Of a DNA stretch of 26,359 nt, positions 7,711 to 16,148 are shown piece by piece. The stretch's first letter is position 1, and every line of letters starts with the position of its first letter. The DNA is taken from the IMG/VR virus record IMGVR_UViG_3300038393_000718, positions 1-26,359 of that record. One strand, 5' to 3'. Origin of the DNA: a virus. Taxonomy: Duplodnaviria; Caudoviricetes. The notes beneath the pieces were generated by a model. It did no database searches and was not told the DNA's origin. It saw only the letters and a program-made list of their open reading frames with translations. The translations under genes were made by a program, and so were the position numbers.

Positions 7711-8706
7711 GTGGCAATGGGCGGAGCGCAACTTTCTGAGCGTCGTGGTCTGGACGTATGGCCTCGGCTTCGTCCTCTTGATTGGACTGCTTCTCGTCTG
7801 ATCCTGTGGGCGCTGCTCGCCGAGTTCACCGTCTCTACCGGCATCGCCCTGGCCTTCGGTTTCCGCGCCGCGTCCCCCGCACTGTTCCTGCCGCAGCTGT
7901 GGTGCATCCTCATGGTCGCCTGCGGTCCGCTGTTGCGGCGGATCGAGTTCAATCGGACGGCAGGGGCGCTTGAAACCATCGGACTGCTCTATGGACAGGG
8001 CTTCGCGCTCGGGCCTTTGCTCTATCCGCTGACTGCTGTTTCGCGACCATTTGCCGATGGGCTTTTGGCATCCGCTGACAAAGCGCTCGGCTTCAACTGG
8101 CTGGCGTTCGTCGAACCGTTCCAGCACCATCCGAACTGGCTTCTCCTTGCCCGAGGAATCTACTTCTCGTTCGCATGGCAGGGCGTGGTCGTCTTTGCCG
8201 TTCTATTCTTCAGCGGACGCGGAGAAAGGGCGTGGAGAGCGGTTCTTGCCGCCAATGCAGCCTTATTGGCAACGCTCCTGATCTATCCCCTGTTTCCGAC
8301 TCAAGGCGCGTTCGCCCACTTCGGTTTTAGGCCGTCAGACTTCGGCGGCATCAACGCCGTCGCGTGGACCTATGGGCCAGCAATCGAGGCAATCCGCGAC
8401 CACGGAACCAGACTGATCACGCCCAAGCTCATGGTGCCGTTCGTATCGTTCCCGAGCTATCATGCGGCGGCGGCTGTGATTCTCGCGTGGGCAGCATGGC
8501 CGACCGTGCTGCGGTGGCCGTTTGCTATCCTCAACGCGCTCATGGTTGCATCGGCTATCTTGATCGGCGGTCACTATGCCGTTGATCTGATTGCGGGTTG
8601 CGCCATCAGCATCCTGCTATGTCGTCAGATAGATCATCCTACCGTTGGACGAGTTGAGACCACTGTTGGGAGCGGGATCAACCGGCCCGTCAGAGAAGGT
8701 GTCTGA
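7711..8706 (+). CDS. Integral membrane PAP2-superfamily protein (AUR1/IPC-synthase-like), moron
   Basis: Multiple TM helices; SFPSYH and GGHYAVDLIAG motifs; opposite strand to the virion genes. Confidence 0.85.
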   Translation: MAMGGAQLSERRGLDVWPRLRPLDWTASRLILWALLAEFTVSTGIALAFGFRAASPALFLPQLWCILMVACGPLLRRIEFNRTAGALETIGLLYGQGFALGPLLYPLTAVSRPFADGLLASADKALGFNWLAFVEPFQHHPNWLLLARGIYFSFAWQGVVVFAVLFFSGRGERAWRAVLAANAALLATLLIYPLFPTQGAFAHFGFRPSDFGGINAVAWTYGPAIEAIRDHGTRLITPKLMVPFVSFPSYHAAAAVILAWAAWPTVLRWPFAILNALMVASAILIGGHYAVDLIAGCAISILLCRQIDHPTVGRVETTVGSGINRPVREGV

Positions 8707-9135
8707 GAAGAAGCGGTCGGAAAGCGACCCGTTCGAGCCGGTTCCCGCCCATGTTCCAGAGCCCCCGTGAAGCATCAGCGCGTACCAATTGCCCGCTGTG
8801 ATCGTGATTGGCGAAACGAGCGAGAAGCTATTCGAGCCCGTGTTTAGTGCGGTCTGATCCGAGCTCTTGCCGAGTAGGGCACCGCCGATAACCGTTGAAC
8901 TTGTCGCCGCATAAACCGTCAGACGGAAGTTGACCCCCGTAAGATTGCTCGACGGTCCCTCGATGACGATGCTGTTTGCCGTCCCGCTGGTCGATGCCTG
9001 AGCTATAATCCCTTGTTGAACGTCGCCGGCGACAGCCGTGTATGTCGTTCTCGCGGCATTATTGCCGACAAGGAAAGTCCCAGCCGGAGGCGGTCCAGCG
9101 TTTCGCATCCGCAAGGCCATGATGGGCAGCATCAA
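8617..9135 (-). CDS. Putative virion accessory/fibre-tip protein, paralog of 12174..12704
   Basis: Coupled (ATGA) to 9132..10016; shares QAS.SGT, YAATS.TVI.GA.LG, P.TIT.G.WY and RFF.DT.SDG.VDPAP with the paralog. Confidence 0.7.
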   Translation of the reverse strand: MMLPIMALRMRNAGPPPAGTFLVGNNAARTTYTAVAGDVQQGIIAQASTSGTANSIVIEGPSSNLTGVNFRLTVYAATSSTVIGGALLGKSSDQTALNTGSNSFSLVSPITITAGNWYALMLHGGSGTWAGTGSNGSLSDRFFSDTFSDGPVDPAPNSGLNSSNGRMIYLTT

Positions 9136-10016
9136 GCTTCCTGGGCCACGGCGACGACATCAACCTTCGTGTCGTCGTTGTTCCAGATGCAGCCGAGATA
9201 GACCGTCTTATTGACTACGGTTGTCGTAGGAAGAGTGACCCCGATCGCCCGATATTGCGTGCCGTAGCTGATCGCTCTGGCGGTTCCGTTATCTTTGATG
9301 CGGATTGCCCAGCCCCACATTGAAACCGCCGTCCCCGACGGGTTGGCGAGCGTCAGGGCAGCGGCCTGTGCGGTGATCTTCACTCCATCATCGGAGAAGG
9401 TCGGAGTGACCGTGGAGGCGGACGAAACGGATTGAACCGATGGCGAGCGCGGCGCAGCCCCAACGGTCGAATAATCGACCGTGAGGGCGGCAGAGCCGTT
9501 GAACGTCGAGCCCGCCGCCGCTCCTCCCGACACGTTGAACGTAACCGCATTCGCCGTTGTGGCACCAGTGACTGAAATAGCGACATTCGAGGCCGCCGTG
9601 AGCCGCCCCTGCGCATCGACTGTGAACGATGCAACATGCGTTGCGTCGCCATAGGATCCCGCCGTGACAGCCGTGTTCTTGAGGTCCGCCGTAATAAGAC
9701 CTGTTGCATCAACGTAGGTAAAATCGATGGTCGCGGTGTCGGTTAGAGAAGCGCCAATCACGTCCTGAATGCGCTCGGTTTCCGCAGTGATATTGATTCC
9801 GAGCGTCCGGTCAGCAGAAAGATCACCTCCGCCGGTCAGCGTCCCGTCTGTAAGGACTTGGCGACTCTCATCGACCTTGGCGAACAGAAGGCTCGGCAGT
9901 TGCTCGCGAACCATCCGAATGAATGCCTCAATATCCCTGACCGTGCGCGGATCCTTGACGAACGCGGCAATCTGTTCGCGCGTAATATTGAAGCTCGGAG
10001 TGACCGTGTCAGCCAT
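9132..10016 (-). CDS. Tail needle/fibre-like protein (P22 gp26 position)
   Basis: Follows the gp10-like gene; has fibre-type motifs LTGGGDLSADRTL and VTAGSYG....FTVDAQGRLTAAS. Confidence 0.7.
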   Translation of the reverse strand: MADTVTPSFNITREQIAAFVKDPRTVRDIEAFIRMVREQLPSLLFAKVDESRQVLTDGTLTGGGDLSADRTLGINITAETERIQDVIGASLTDTATIDFTYVDATGLITADLKNTAVTAGSYGDATHVASFTVDAQGRLTAASNVAISVTGATTANAVTFNVSGGAAAGSTFNGSAALTVDYSTVGAAPRSPSVQSVSSASTVTPTFSDDGVKITAQAAALTLANPSGTAVSMWGWAIRIKDNGTARAISYGTQYRAIGVTLPTTTVVNKTVYLGCIWNNDDTKVDVVAVAQEA

Positions 10017-11412
10017 TCAGCGGCTCTAGCTGCGCCTCTAGCCTTGAGAAGCTGACGCACGTTCCGGTGATCCCCCGGAACCTGAAGGCCCTCCACTGGC
10101 GAATGAAGCCGTTGCGCCGCCACGCCACTCTCAGGCCGCGCTGGCCCGTGTATCCCGATCTTGCCGCACGTTCCTGGCTGAACTCCTGCCCGTCATCGGT
10201 CCACGACATGAAGATGCGGGGCTCAACGCCGGGATCGGCGCGGCCGTAAAATCCCACCAACTCGAGGTCGTGACAGACAGCACCTTTGCCCTGCGAATAA
10301 ACCAACTGGGCATCGAACTGCCACACCGACTTTTCTCCGAACTGGTTGTCGTGGAGGTCAGTGAGAACGCCTAGTTTCGAGGAAGTGAGATCGCCGCAAT
10401 GCCACGACCCATAAGCAAGGGTGAAATTCCTCGCCCGATAGGGTGAAAGCCCGTCAGTCCCCGAGGCGAGGCGATACCAGCACGGAACCTCAAGCTCCTG
10501 CGAGGCAAGCTGGGAGTAAACCAAAGTCTGGTCTGGAAGGTGAAGGTATAGTTCCTTTGCTCCGGCCCCTTCGCGTGCCTCAAGAATGATGTCGGACAGA
10601 TCCTCATCGGACAAAGCAGCCAGCAGCCGATCGATCTCACGAGTGGAGATGGGGGTGGCCTGCCCTTCTCCGAGGAGATAGACCTGGGGCTGCTCATTCC
10701 TTCCCGATCCAACCATCGCGTAGGTTTCGAGGAACCTGCACTTGGCATGTGTTCCGACCGCGCCCTTGTCGATTTGGGCGCCGCGGTTCCTTTCAAACGG
10801 AAAGCCGGTCGTCCCGGCGTTGAAAAAGACCTCGGTCGTGTTGCGGTTGAACACCAGCAGCTCACCGCGACGGGATCCCAAACCGAGGACCGGATCCGGG
10901 TCGGCTTCCGAGGAGCCGTATTTCAGGGGATCGACCGAAGTAGGGTCGTTCAGTTCGGTGATGACGATCGAGGTGCCGTCAGTGGTGATGAAGTAGCCGT
11001 CTTGCCAGACGACATCGATCACACTTCCCAAATCAACGTCCGTCACCTGAACGAAGCCGTGGGTTGTGTCGTAAAGGTAGAGATTGTTGTTTCTCGCCAC
11101 GGCCAGGCGATCAAACGAGAAGGCCAGCGAGCCCTGTCCGCTCCCACCGACAGCCCCGATAACGTTAATCAGGCCCTCGCTGGACACGCTGATGAGCTTG
11201 GTCCCGGAAATACGATAGAGAAGGTCGTTCCAGACGATGCCGCCACCGTCCTTGCCGCTGCCGGTGGCAAATTCATCGATTCCAGGGGCGGAACGGAGGT
11301 ATCCAGAGGAAATGCCCGTCGCTTCCGCGTTGGGAACTAGGTTCAGCGGGTATGAATGCTCGAAATCCGGCCCGCGCTGGCTGTACACGCCCGAAAGAAT
11401 AGAGATTTGCAC
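10009..11412 (-). CDS. Packaged-DNA stabilisation / tail hub protein (P22 gp10-like)
   Basis: 467 aa; DGYF...ELNDP...YGSSEADPD...TEVF.N.G...FPF pattern; position after the gp4-like gene. Confidence 0.9.
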   Translation of the reverse strand: MQISILSGVYSQRGPDFEHSYPLNLVPNAEATGISSGYLRSAPGIDEFATGSGKDGGGIVWNDLLYRISGTKLISVSSEGLINVIGAVGGSGQGSLAFSFDRLAVARNNNLYLYDTTHGFVQVTDVDLGSVIDVVWQDGYFITTDGTSIVITELNDPTSVDPLKYGSSEADPDPVLGLGSRRGELLVFNRNTTEVFFNAGTTGFPFERNRGAQIDKGAVGTHAKCRFLETYAMVGSGRNEQPQVYLLGEGQATPISTREIDRLLAALSDEDLSDIILEAREGAGAKELYLHLPDQTLVYSQLASQELEVPCWYRLASGTDGLSPYRARNFTLAYGSWHCGDLTSSKLGVLTDLHDNQFGEKSVWQFDAQLVYSQGKGAVCHDLELVGFYGRADPGVEPRIFMSWTDDGQEFSQERAARSGYTGQRGLRVAWRRNGFIRQWRAFRFRGITGTCVSFSRLEAQLEPLNG

Positions 11413-11415
11413 GGC

Positions 11416-12126
11416 TCAGCAGCCGTTGAAGAAGCGCCGGCCCAATGGGCGGTCGTTCCCGGCCCCCGTAGGGAGACGACACGGAAGCTGGTACTCGAAC
11501 CGCCGCGCATATTTGCAGAACATCTCGGATCGGCTTTCCGCGGCCTGTTTCATCAGGCCCGGAGCTGGAGTTTTTCCGTAGTCGGGAGCCAGAATGACCG
11601 CGAGGTTGGACACGAACGCATCCACGTCCTCCTGTCTGATCCCCGCTACATCGGAGGGAAGCGAGGCAATGTTGGGCTGGATATAGCCGAAGTTTTCGAG
11701 TTTGCCCTGCCAGCGCGCGGCGAGGCTATCGAGCTGGCGAAGGGCGCTATTGTCCTCTTCGGCCTCGGTGTCGAAGACGTAATTGGCGATTCCAAGCTTG
11801 CCCAATGCCCGAATGACGATTGAGCCCTTGGTGATCGCTGATGCCGGATCGATCGCGTCCGCTTCATCGACAATCCTCAGGTTGATCGTCCTGGTGAAGC
11901 TCTGCTCTAGGGCGGTTGTGACGGCGAGGCTCAGAACCGCCGTTTCGTCGGCAGCTCCGCCGGAGACGATGACGTAGGCTGTGCGAGGATCAGGGGCAAC
12001 CTCTTCCAGCGTCACCGTCCCCGACGTGCGGGTGAATGTCGCGGTGTCGATCGTGTCGGGGTAGATTTCCGACAGATCGTAGGAATAGAGCCGGGCGTCA
12101 TCGGGAGATTTTGGCGTCCAGTCCAT
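11416..12126 (-). CDS. Head-to-tail adaptor (P22 gp4-like) with an extra N-terminal domain of about 90 aa
   Basis: C-terminal part TKG.IV..AL.KLGIA...AL..LD...W...NLAV.LAPDYG...P.GAGN matches gp4-type proteins. Confidence 0.85.
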   Translation of the reverse strand: MDWTPKSPDDARLYSYDLSEIYPDTIDTATFTRTSGTVTLEEVAPDPRTAYVIVSGGAADETAVLSLAVTTALEQSFTRTINLRIVDEADAIDPASAITKGSIVIRALGKLGIANYVFDTEAEEDNSALRQLDSLAARWQGKLENFGYIQPNIASLPSDVAGIRQEDVDAFVSNLAVILAPDYGKTPAPGLMKQAAESRSEMFCKYARRFEYQLPCRLPTGAGNDRPLGRRFFNGC

Positions 12127-12133
12127 GTGGCGG

Positions 12134-12171
12134 ACGATACGGGCTTACTGAAGCGAGACGGGCTTTTCTGA
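12134..12171 (-). promoter_or_regulatory. Late promoter motif copy D: TCAGAA-N26-TATCGT-N7-ATG
   Basis: TCAGAA at 12171-12166, TATCGT at 12139-12134, ATG at 12126; no Shine-Dalgarno. Confidence 0.8.
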
Positions 12172-12173
12172 AG

Positions 12174-12704
12174 CTAGGTCGTGGTCGCCGTCATGGACGG
12201 GGCGGCTGTTCCATTGCTGGAGCTGGCCGGAGCGGGATCAACAGCGCCATCCGAATAGGTATCGCCGAAGAACCGGCCCGCATTTGCTGTGTTTTTGGCG
12301 CAGGACATCGAGCCGGACGGCAGAACACTGAGATAGTACCATTGACCAGAGGTGATGGTAACGGGGGCCAGCAAAGCAACCTTCTTGGTCTCAGAGACGC
12401 CTAATGAGCTTTGAACAGCCGTTTCTCCGAGCTTGGCACCACTAATCACGGTGGCGCTAGTGGCCGCATAAATCACTAGCCGATAGTTTACTGAGGACGA
12501 CGCTGCCGAGCTTCCAAGGATCGTTAGATAATTTACCGTTCCTGAAGCCGATGCTTGGAAAGCGGTGCCCTGGTTGGTGTCTCCGCCAAGAGCCATGTTC
12601 CCATCGGTGGTCAGTGACCCGACAGTGATTGGAGTGGCAGCCACCGCGGGTCCGGAATTGCGGCAGAGATGCCCTGGGCCGCGACCGCCCCAATGGACGC
12701 TCAT
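12174..12704 (-). CDS. Putative virion accessory protein, paralog of 8617..9135
   Basis: 176 aa Ser/Thr/Gly-rich beta protein, coupled (TAATG) to 12704..13003. Confidence 0.7.
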   Translation of the reverse strand: MSVHWGGRGPGHLCRNSGPAVAATPITVGSLTTDGNMALGGDTNQGTAFQASASGTVNYLTILGSSAASSSVNYRLVIYAATSATVISGAKLGETAVQSSLGVSETKKVALLAPVTITSGQWYYLSVLPSGSMSCAKNTANAGRFFGDTYSDGAVDPAPASSSNGTAAPSMTATTT

Positions 12705-13003
12705 TAGATGCCCGAGCCAGGCGTGAAGTAAATCTTGCCCGTCGAGCCAGCCGCAATCGCCGCCGCGTAATCGGCATTGGAGGGCGTGGTGAACACCTCT
12801 GCCGCTCCTGGGCCGATGGGAATGCCCGCCGTGGTGGTCGCTGTTGCCGATCCGCTCCCGAAGGCGATCCAGACAGTCGCGGTGCCGTTGTTCATCACGC
12901 GCACCTGGTCGATGGGAGCCGCGCCGAATGAAACCGATTGGCTGGATGAGCTTACGTCAATGTTGACGGTGGCGCCGACTTTGGGTTCAAATGGATCGAT
13001 CAT
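12704..13003 (-). CDS. Small beta-rich virion protein (spike-base/adaptor-like)
   Basis: 99 aa, QVRVMN.G...VWIAFG...IYFTPG.G; preceded by its own promoter motif. Confidence 0.7.
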   Translation of the reverse strand: MIDPFEPKVGATVNIDVSSSSQSVSFGAAPIDQVRVMNNGTATVWIAFGSGSATATTTAGIPIGPGAAEVFTTPSNADYAAAIAAGSTGKIYFTPGSGI

Positions 13004-13010
13004 GCCGCCG

Positions 13011-13048
13011 ACGATACGCGCTTAAGCTGGCTCGACGGCCTTTTCTGA
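13011..13048 (-). promoter_or_regulatory. Late promoter motif copy E: TCAGAA-N26-TATCGT-N7-ATG
   Basis: TCAGAA at 13048-13043, TATCGT at 13016-13011, ATG at 13003; no Shine-Dalgarno. Confidence 0.8.
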
Positions 13049-13771
13049 ATCCCTGATCCTGTCGCTCAATCCGAGGAGAAACTTGTGGTAGTTTCCCGGA
13101 TAGGCCTTGTCTTTCGAGTGGTGCGTGATGTCGAGGTCGGGGATCACCCAAATCTCCCCGCCCATCGCGTGCCACCGTCTCGAAAAAGCGTAGTCCTCGC
13201 CCCACCAGACGCCCTCGTGGGCGCCGTGGTTGAACAAGTCCACTGAGGGAGCATAGCGCGGCCCGAAACAGAGTTCGGGATATGCACCCATGAACCCGTC
13301 AATTGCGGTTGCCGTCACCTTGAGGAAGCCCGCCGGGATCCATTCGGCCTTAACGCAGCCATCATCCCTGACGATGGGCCTGCCCCGCTCATCCTCGGCT
13401 AAGCGGCCCATGTATTTCTCTTCGTCCATCTTGAAGCGATAGGCACCGGAAACAACCTCCCCAGGCGTCTCGATCAGCTTGACCAGAGCATCGGACGGGA
13501 ACGATAGATCGTAATCGAGAAAGATGATGATGTCGGCCTTGGCGTCGAGAGCTTTCCTAAGCATCGTGGCGCGGGCTGACGAGATATACGGGCAGCCGAC
13601 CTCGAACACCATCTTGTGGTCGTAACCAGCCGCGTCCAATGCAGGAACGGACGCCTCGATCGCTTTGACCAAGGCGTCCGTTGGTTTTTCAAGGCACGGG
13701 CAACAGAAAACAACCCGCACCCCGGAAGTATCTGGAGTCACGGAAGAACTAGCTTCCGTTCCAGAGGCCAA
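13022..13771 (-). CDS. GT-A fold glycosyltransferase-like protein; start may be GTG 13741
   Basis: ISSAR..., IIFLDYD (DxD), PAGFLKV and GEDYAFSRRW...GG.IWV motifs typical of GT2-like enzymes. Confidence 0.75.
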   Translation of the reverse strand: MASGTEASSSVTPDTSGVRVVFCCPCLEKPTDALVKAIEASVPALDAAGYDHKMVFEVGCPYISSARATMLRKALDAKADIIIFLDYDLSFPSDALVKLIETPGEVVSGAYRFKMDEEKYMGRLAEDERGRPIVRDDGCVKAEWIPAGFLKVTATAIDGFMGAYPELCFGPRYAPSVDLFNHGAHEGVWWGEDYAFSRRWHAMGGEIWVIPDLDITHHSKDKAYPGNYHKFLLGLSDRIRDSEKAVEPA

Positions 13772-13985
13772 GAGCGGCGAGCGTATTCATAATTTCGATG
13801 AGCGCCGCCTTGGTATTGGTGTCCAGCGCCGTGGACGAGGCCGTGCCGACGTTTGAAGTCGCCTGGGCCGCGCCGGAGCGCCGAACGATTGGAGTCGTAA
13901 GACCGTAAAAGCCGATCTTGTCCGTCGAAGAGCGACCAAGAACAACGCCGTCGTCGTTGCCGGTGCCGAGATATTCGTTTGCCAT
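13749..13985 (-). CDS. Small post-capsid protein (possible head decoration)
   Basis: 78 aa with a good RBS (AAAGGA) right after the coat gene; KIGFYG.TP...L.ALGL. Confidence 0.75.
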   Translation of the reverse strand: MANEYLGTGNDDGVVLGRSSTDKIGFYGLTTPIVRRSGAAQATSNVGTASSTALDTNTKAALIEIMNTLAALGLWNGS

Positions 13986-14007
13986 TTCCTAGTTCCTTTC
14001 TCGGCTA

Positions 14008-15198
14008 TCAGTTGTTGTGCAGGCGGCAAGCGAGCTGCGGGCGCAGCGTCTTGAACCCGTAGAAGACATCGAGACGACACGGTAGATTGTCGTTGTTGAT
14101 GTCGTAATCGCGGACGATGCGGATCGAGATACCGTCCAGAACCTCGCGAGCGGAGAAGTCCACACCGCCCGGCATCACAAGGTCGGCAGTCGCGAACGCG
14201 AAGGCTTCCTTATGGTACAGCATGGAGGTGGTGACCGCCGTCGAGAGCGTGCCGAACCACGTCACCGCCTTCGACGCGCCGGCAGAAACGATCGTCACGT
14301 TCTGCGTCGGACCCGAGGTAACGGGAGGCTGCCCGACAACGATCGTGGTCGCGCCCGAAGAGAACGCGGTAGCGACAACGAACTGGTAGAGCACGCCCGT
14401 CGAGACCTTGGTCTCGGGATGAACCGCGAAGACACCGGCAATGGTGAACACGTCACCAACGTTACCCGCGCCCGAACCACCGGAGACGGTGATCGAGGTC
14501 GAGCCGGAAGTGATGCCGGTCGAGGTGTTGCAGACGTAGTTGGTGTCCTGTGCGCCGCGCGTGTGAGCCGCCCACATGGTGTTTTCCATGAAGTCGAACC
14601 CGGCGACACGGCCCATGTAGCCCTCTTTGTACTGCGTCGAGAGCTGGCCGCTGTCCTGGAACAGACCCTTGAGACCGTCCACCAGATCGACGCCTTCCTG
14701 CGTCGAGAGGTTGGCGGTGCGGTTGGCCAGGGGCGTGAGGCTGTCTTGCAGCTTCTTGCGTCCAGCCAGAACCTTGGCTAGCGTCAGAGCAGAGCCGCCG
14801 TTCCAGACCGACTGGCCAACGTCCTTGTACATGGACATTGCGTCCGCCTCGATGTTGGCGGCAAGCACGCTCATTGCCGGATCGAGAATACGGCTGGAGA
14901 AGTCGTCGATCGAAAGCGTCAGTTCGGCGGAGGTGAAGTTCAGATCGACACCCTTCTGGGTCGCGAGCTGGAGCGTAACGCTCGATTCCGTGATGTCCTG
15001 AACGTCCAGCGTCTTGCCCGTGCGGACAGTGTACTGGTTGGGCAGGCGGATCTTCAGACTGTCGCCGATCTTCGCGCCGGATTTGGCGAATGAATCGTCA
15101 TACTGCCGCTCGATCGTGCCGACGAAGTTGAGCTTCTGGTGAAGTACGCGCAGCGCCTCGCGGGTCACTGCCGTTGGGGTGAGAATGGTGTTCGACAT
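14008..15198 (-). CDS. Major capsid protein (P22 coat family)
   Basis: 396 aa; MSNTILTP..VTREAL, KIGDSLKIRLP, CRLDVFYG...RP; follows the scaffold gene. Confidence 0.95.
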   Translation of the reverse strand: MSNTILTPTAVTREALRVLHQKLNFVGTIERQYDDSFAKSGAKIGDSLKIRLPNQYTVRTGKTLDVQDITESSVTLQLATQKGVDLNFTSAELTLSIDDFSSRILDPAMSVLAANIEADAMSMYKDVGQSVWNGGSALTLAKVLAGRKKLQDSLTPLANRTANLSTQEGVDLVDGLKGLFQDSGQLSTQYKEGYMGRVAGFDFMENTMWAAHTRGAQDTNYVCNTSTGITSGSTSITVSGGSGAGNVGDVFTIAGVFAVHPETKVSTGVLYQFVVATAFSSGATTIVVGQPPVTSGPTQNVTIVSAGASKAVTWFGTLSTAVTTSMLYHKEAFAFATADLVMPGGVDFSAREVLDGISIRIVRDYDINNDNLPCRLDVFYGFKTLRPQLACRLHNN

Positions 15199-15220
15199 CG
15201 CAAAAAGTTTCCATCAAAGG

Positions 15221-15246
15221 GACGCGACGCCTCACGGCGTGGCATC
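15221..15246 (-). other. GNRA-tetraloop hairpin in the coat leader (GATGC-C-ACGCC-GTGA-GGCGT-C-GCGTC)
   Basis: Inverted repeat in the scaffold-coat intergenic region; no U-tract directly after it. Confidence 0.65.
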
Positions 15247-15257
15247 GGGTTGAGCCA

Positions 15258-16058
15258 TCAGCGCTTGTTGCGAATCTGCTCGTTGCGGCGGCGCACCCAC
15301 TCTTCGGTCGAAATCCGGTCGGACAATCCCTGCTTGGTGATCTGCCCGGCGCCTGAAACCTTGCTCTCCGGTTGGGTTGCCGGCTTCCTGCGCTCCATCT
15401 TCGTCTGCCCTTCAAGTCGTGCTGCCGCGAAAGCAAATTCGATCGGGTCTGCGATCGAGGCGAGCTGCCGGAGTTTTTCTGGGTGCTTGCCCAAGGCATA
15501 GACGAGCTGTGCCTTGTTCTCCGCCCCGTGGATGAGGATCGCCTGCTGTGCCTGGTTCAATGCCCCAAGCACTTCGGCCTCGGCGGTATCGAAATCCTTG
15601 ACGCCCAGCGATTGCTTCTGAGTGCCGTAGGCTTCGACCTTGGCCTGATACCTCGTCCGGGCTTCCTCTTCGGCCTTTTGAGCCTCAGATTTCGCGGCCT
15701 CCGCTTTCGATTTGCGGTCAACCCAGGCGTTGAACTCCTGTTCGAACCGCTCCTCGTCATATTCGCAACTTTCGAGCGTCGGCTTGTTGCCAACCTCTGG
15801 AATGTCTGCCGGCTTGGCCTTTTTCGCTTCGGCCAGCTCGCGCTCCAGCTCTCGGTTGCGCTTGCGAAGGTCGCGCACCCATTCCGGTGCTTCCTCTGAG
15901 GCTGGCGCTGCCTCGTCGCCGAACGAAACAATGACTTCTTCGTCATCTGCCGGGGGCTGAACTTCGGTCTCTTCGCTTTCCTCGGGAACCTGAAGTTCCT
16001 CGGTCAGCTCAAGTACCTCTTCCTCGCCTTCCGGCTGTTCGTCCGGTTCGTCTGCCAT
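15258..16058 (-). CDS. Capsid scaffolding protein
   Basis: Acidic N-terminus, coiled coil, LVYALGKHP and a basic C-terminal helix; lies between portal and coat. Confidence 0.9.
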   Translation of the reverse strand: MADEPDEQPEGEEEVLELTEELQVPEESEETEVQPPADDEEVIVSFGDEAAPASEEAPEWVRDLRKRNRELERELAEAKKAKPADIPEVGNKPTLESCEYDEERFEQEFNAWVDRKSKAEAAKSEAQKAEEEARTRYQAKVEAYGTQKQSLGVKDFDTAEAEVLGALNQAQQAILIHGAENKAQLVYALGKHPEKLRQLASIADPIEFAFAAARLEGQTKMERRKPATQPESKVSGAGQITKQGLSDRISTEEWVRRRNEQIRNKR

Positions 16059-16104
16059 TCAAAGACCCTTCTCACCGTTGCGGCTGGTGGCTGCCGATGC
16101 GGGG

Positions 16105-16142
16105 AGGATATGCGGGATTTTGAAGGGGTCGGTCTTTTCTGA
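16105..16142 (-). promoter_or_regulatory. Late promoter motif copy F: TCAGAA-N26-TATCCT, upstream of scaffold/coat
   Basis: TCAGAA at 16142-16137, TATCCT at 16110-16105; intergenic. Confidence 0.8.
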
Positions 16143-16148
16143 AACGGG

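Noticed and set aside
8617-12704. Paralog pair as a diversity-generating retroelement TR/VR or invertible cassette
   Set aside because: Similarity is at protein level only, both copies are co-oriented, and no reverse transcriptase or invertase is present in the window.
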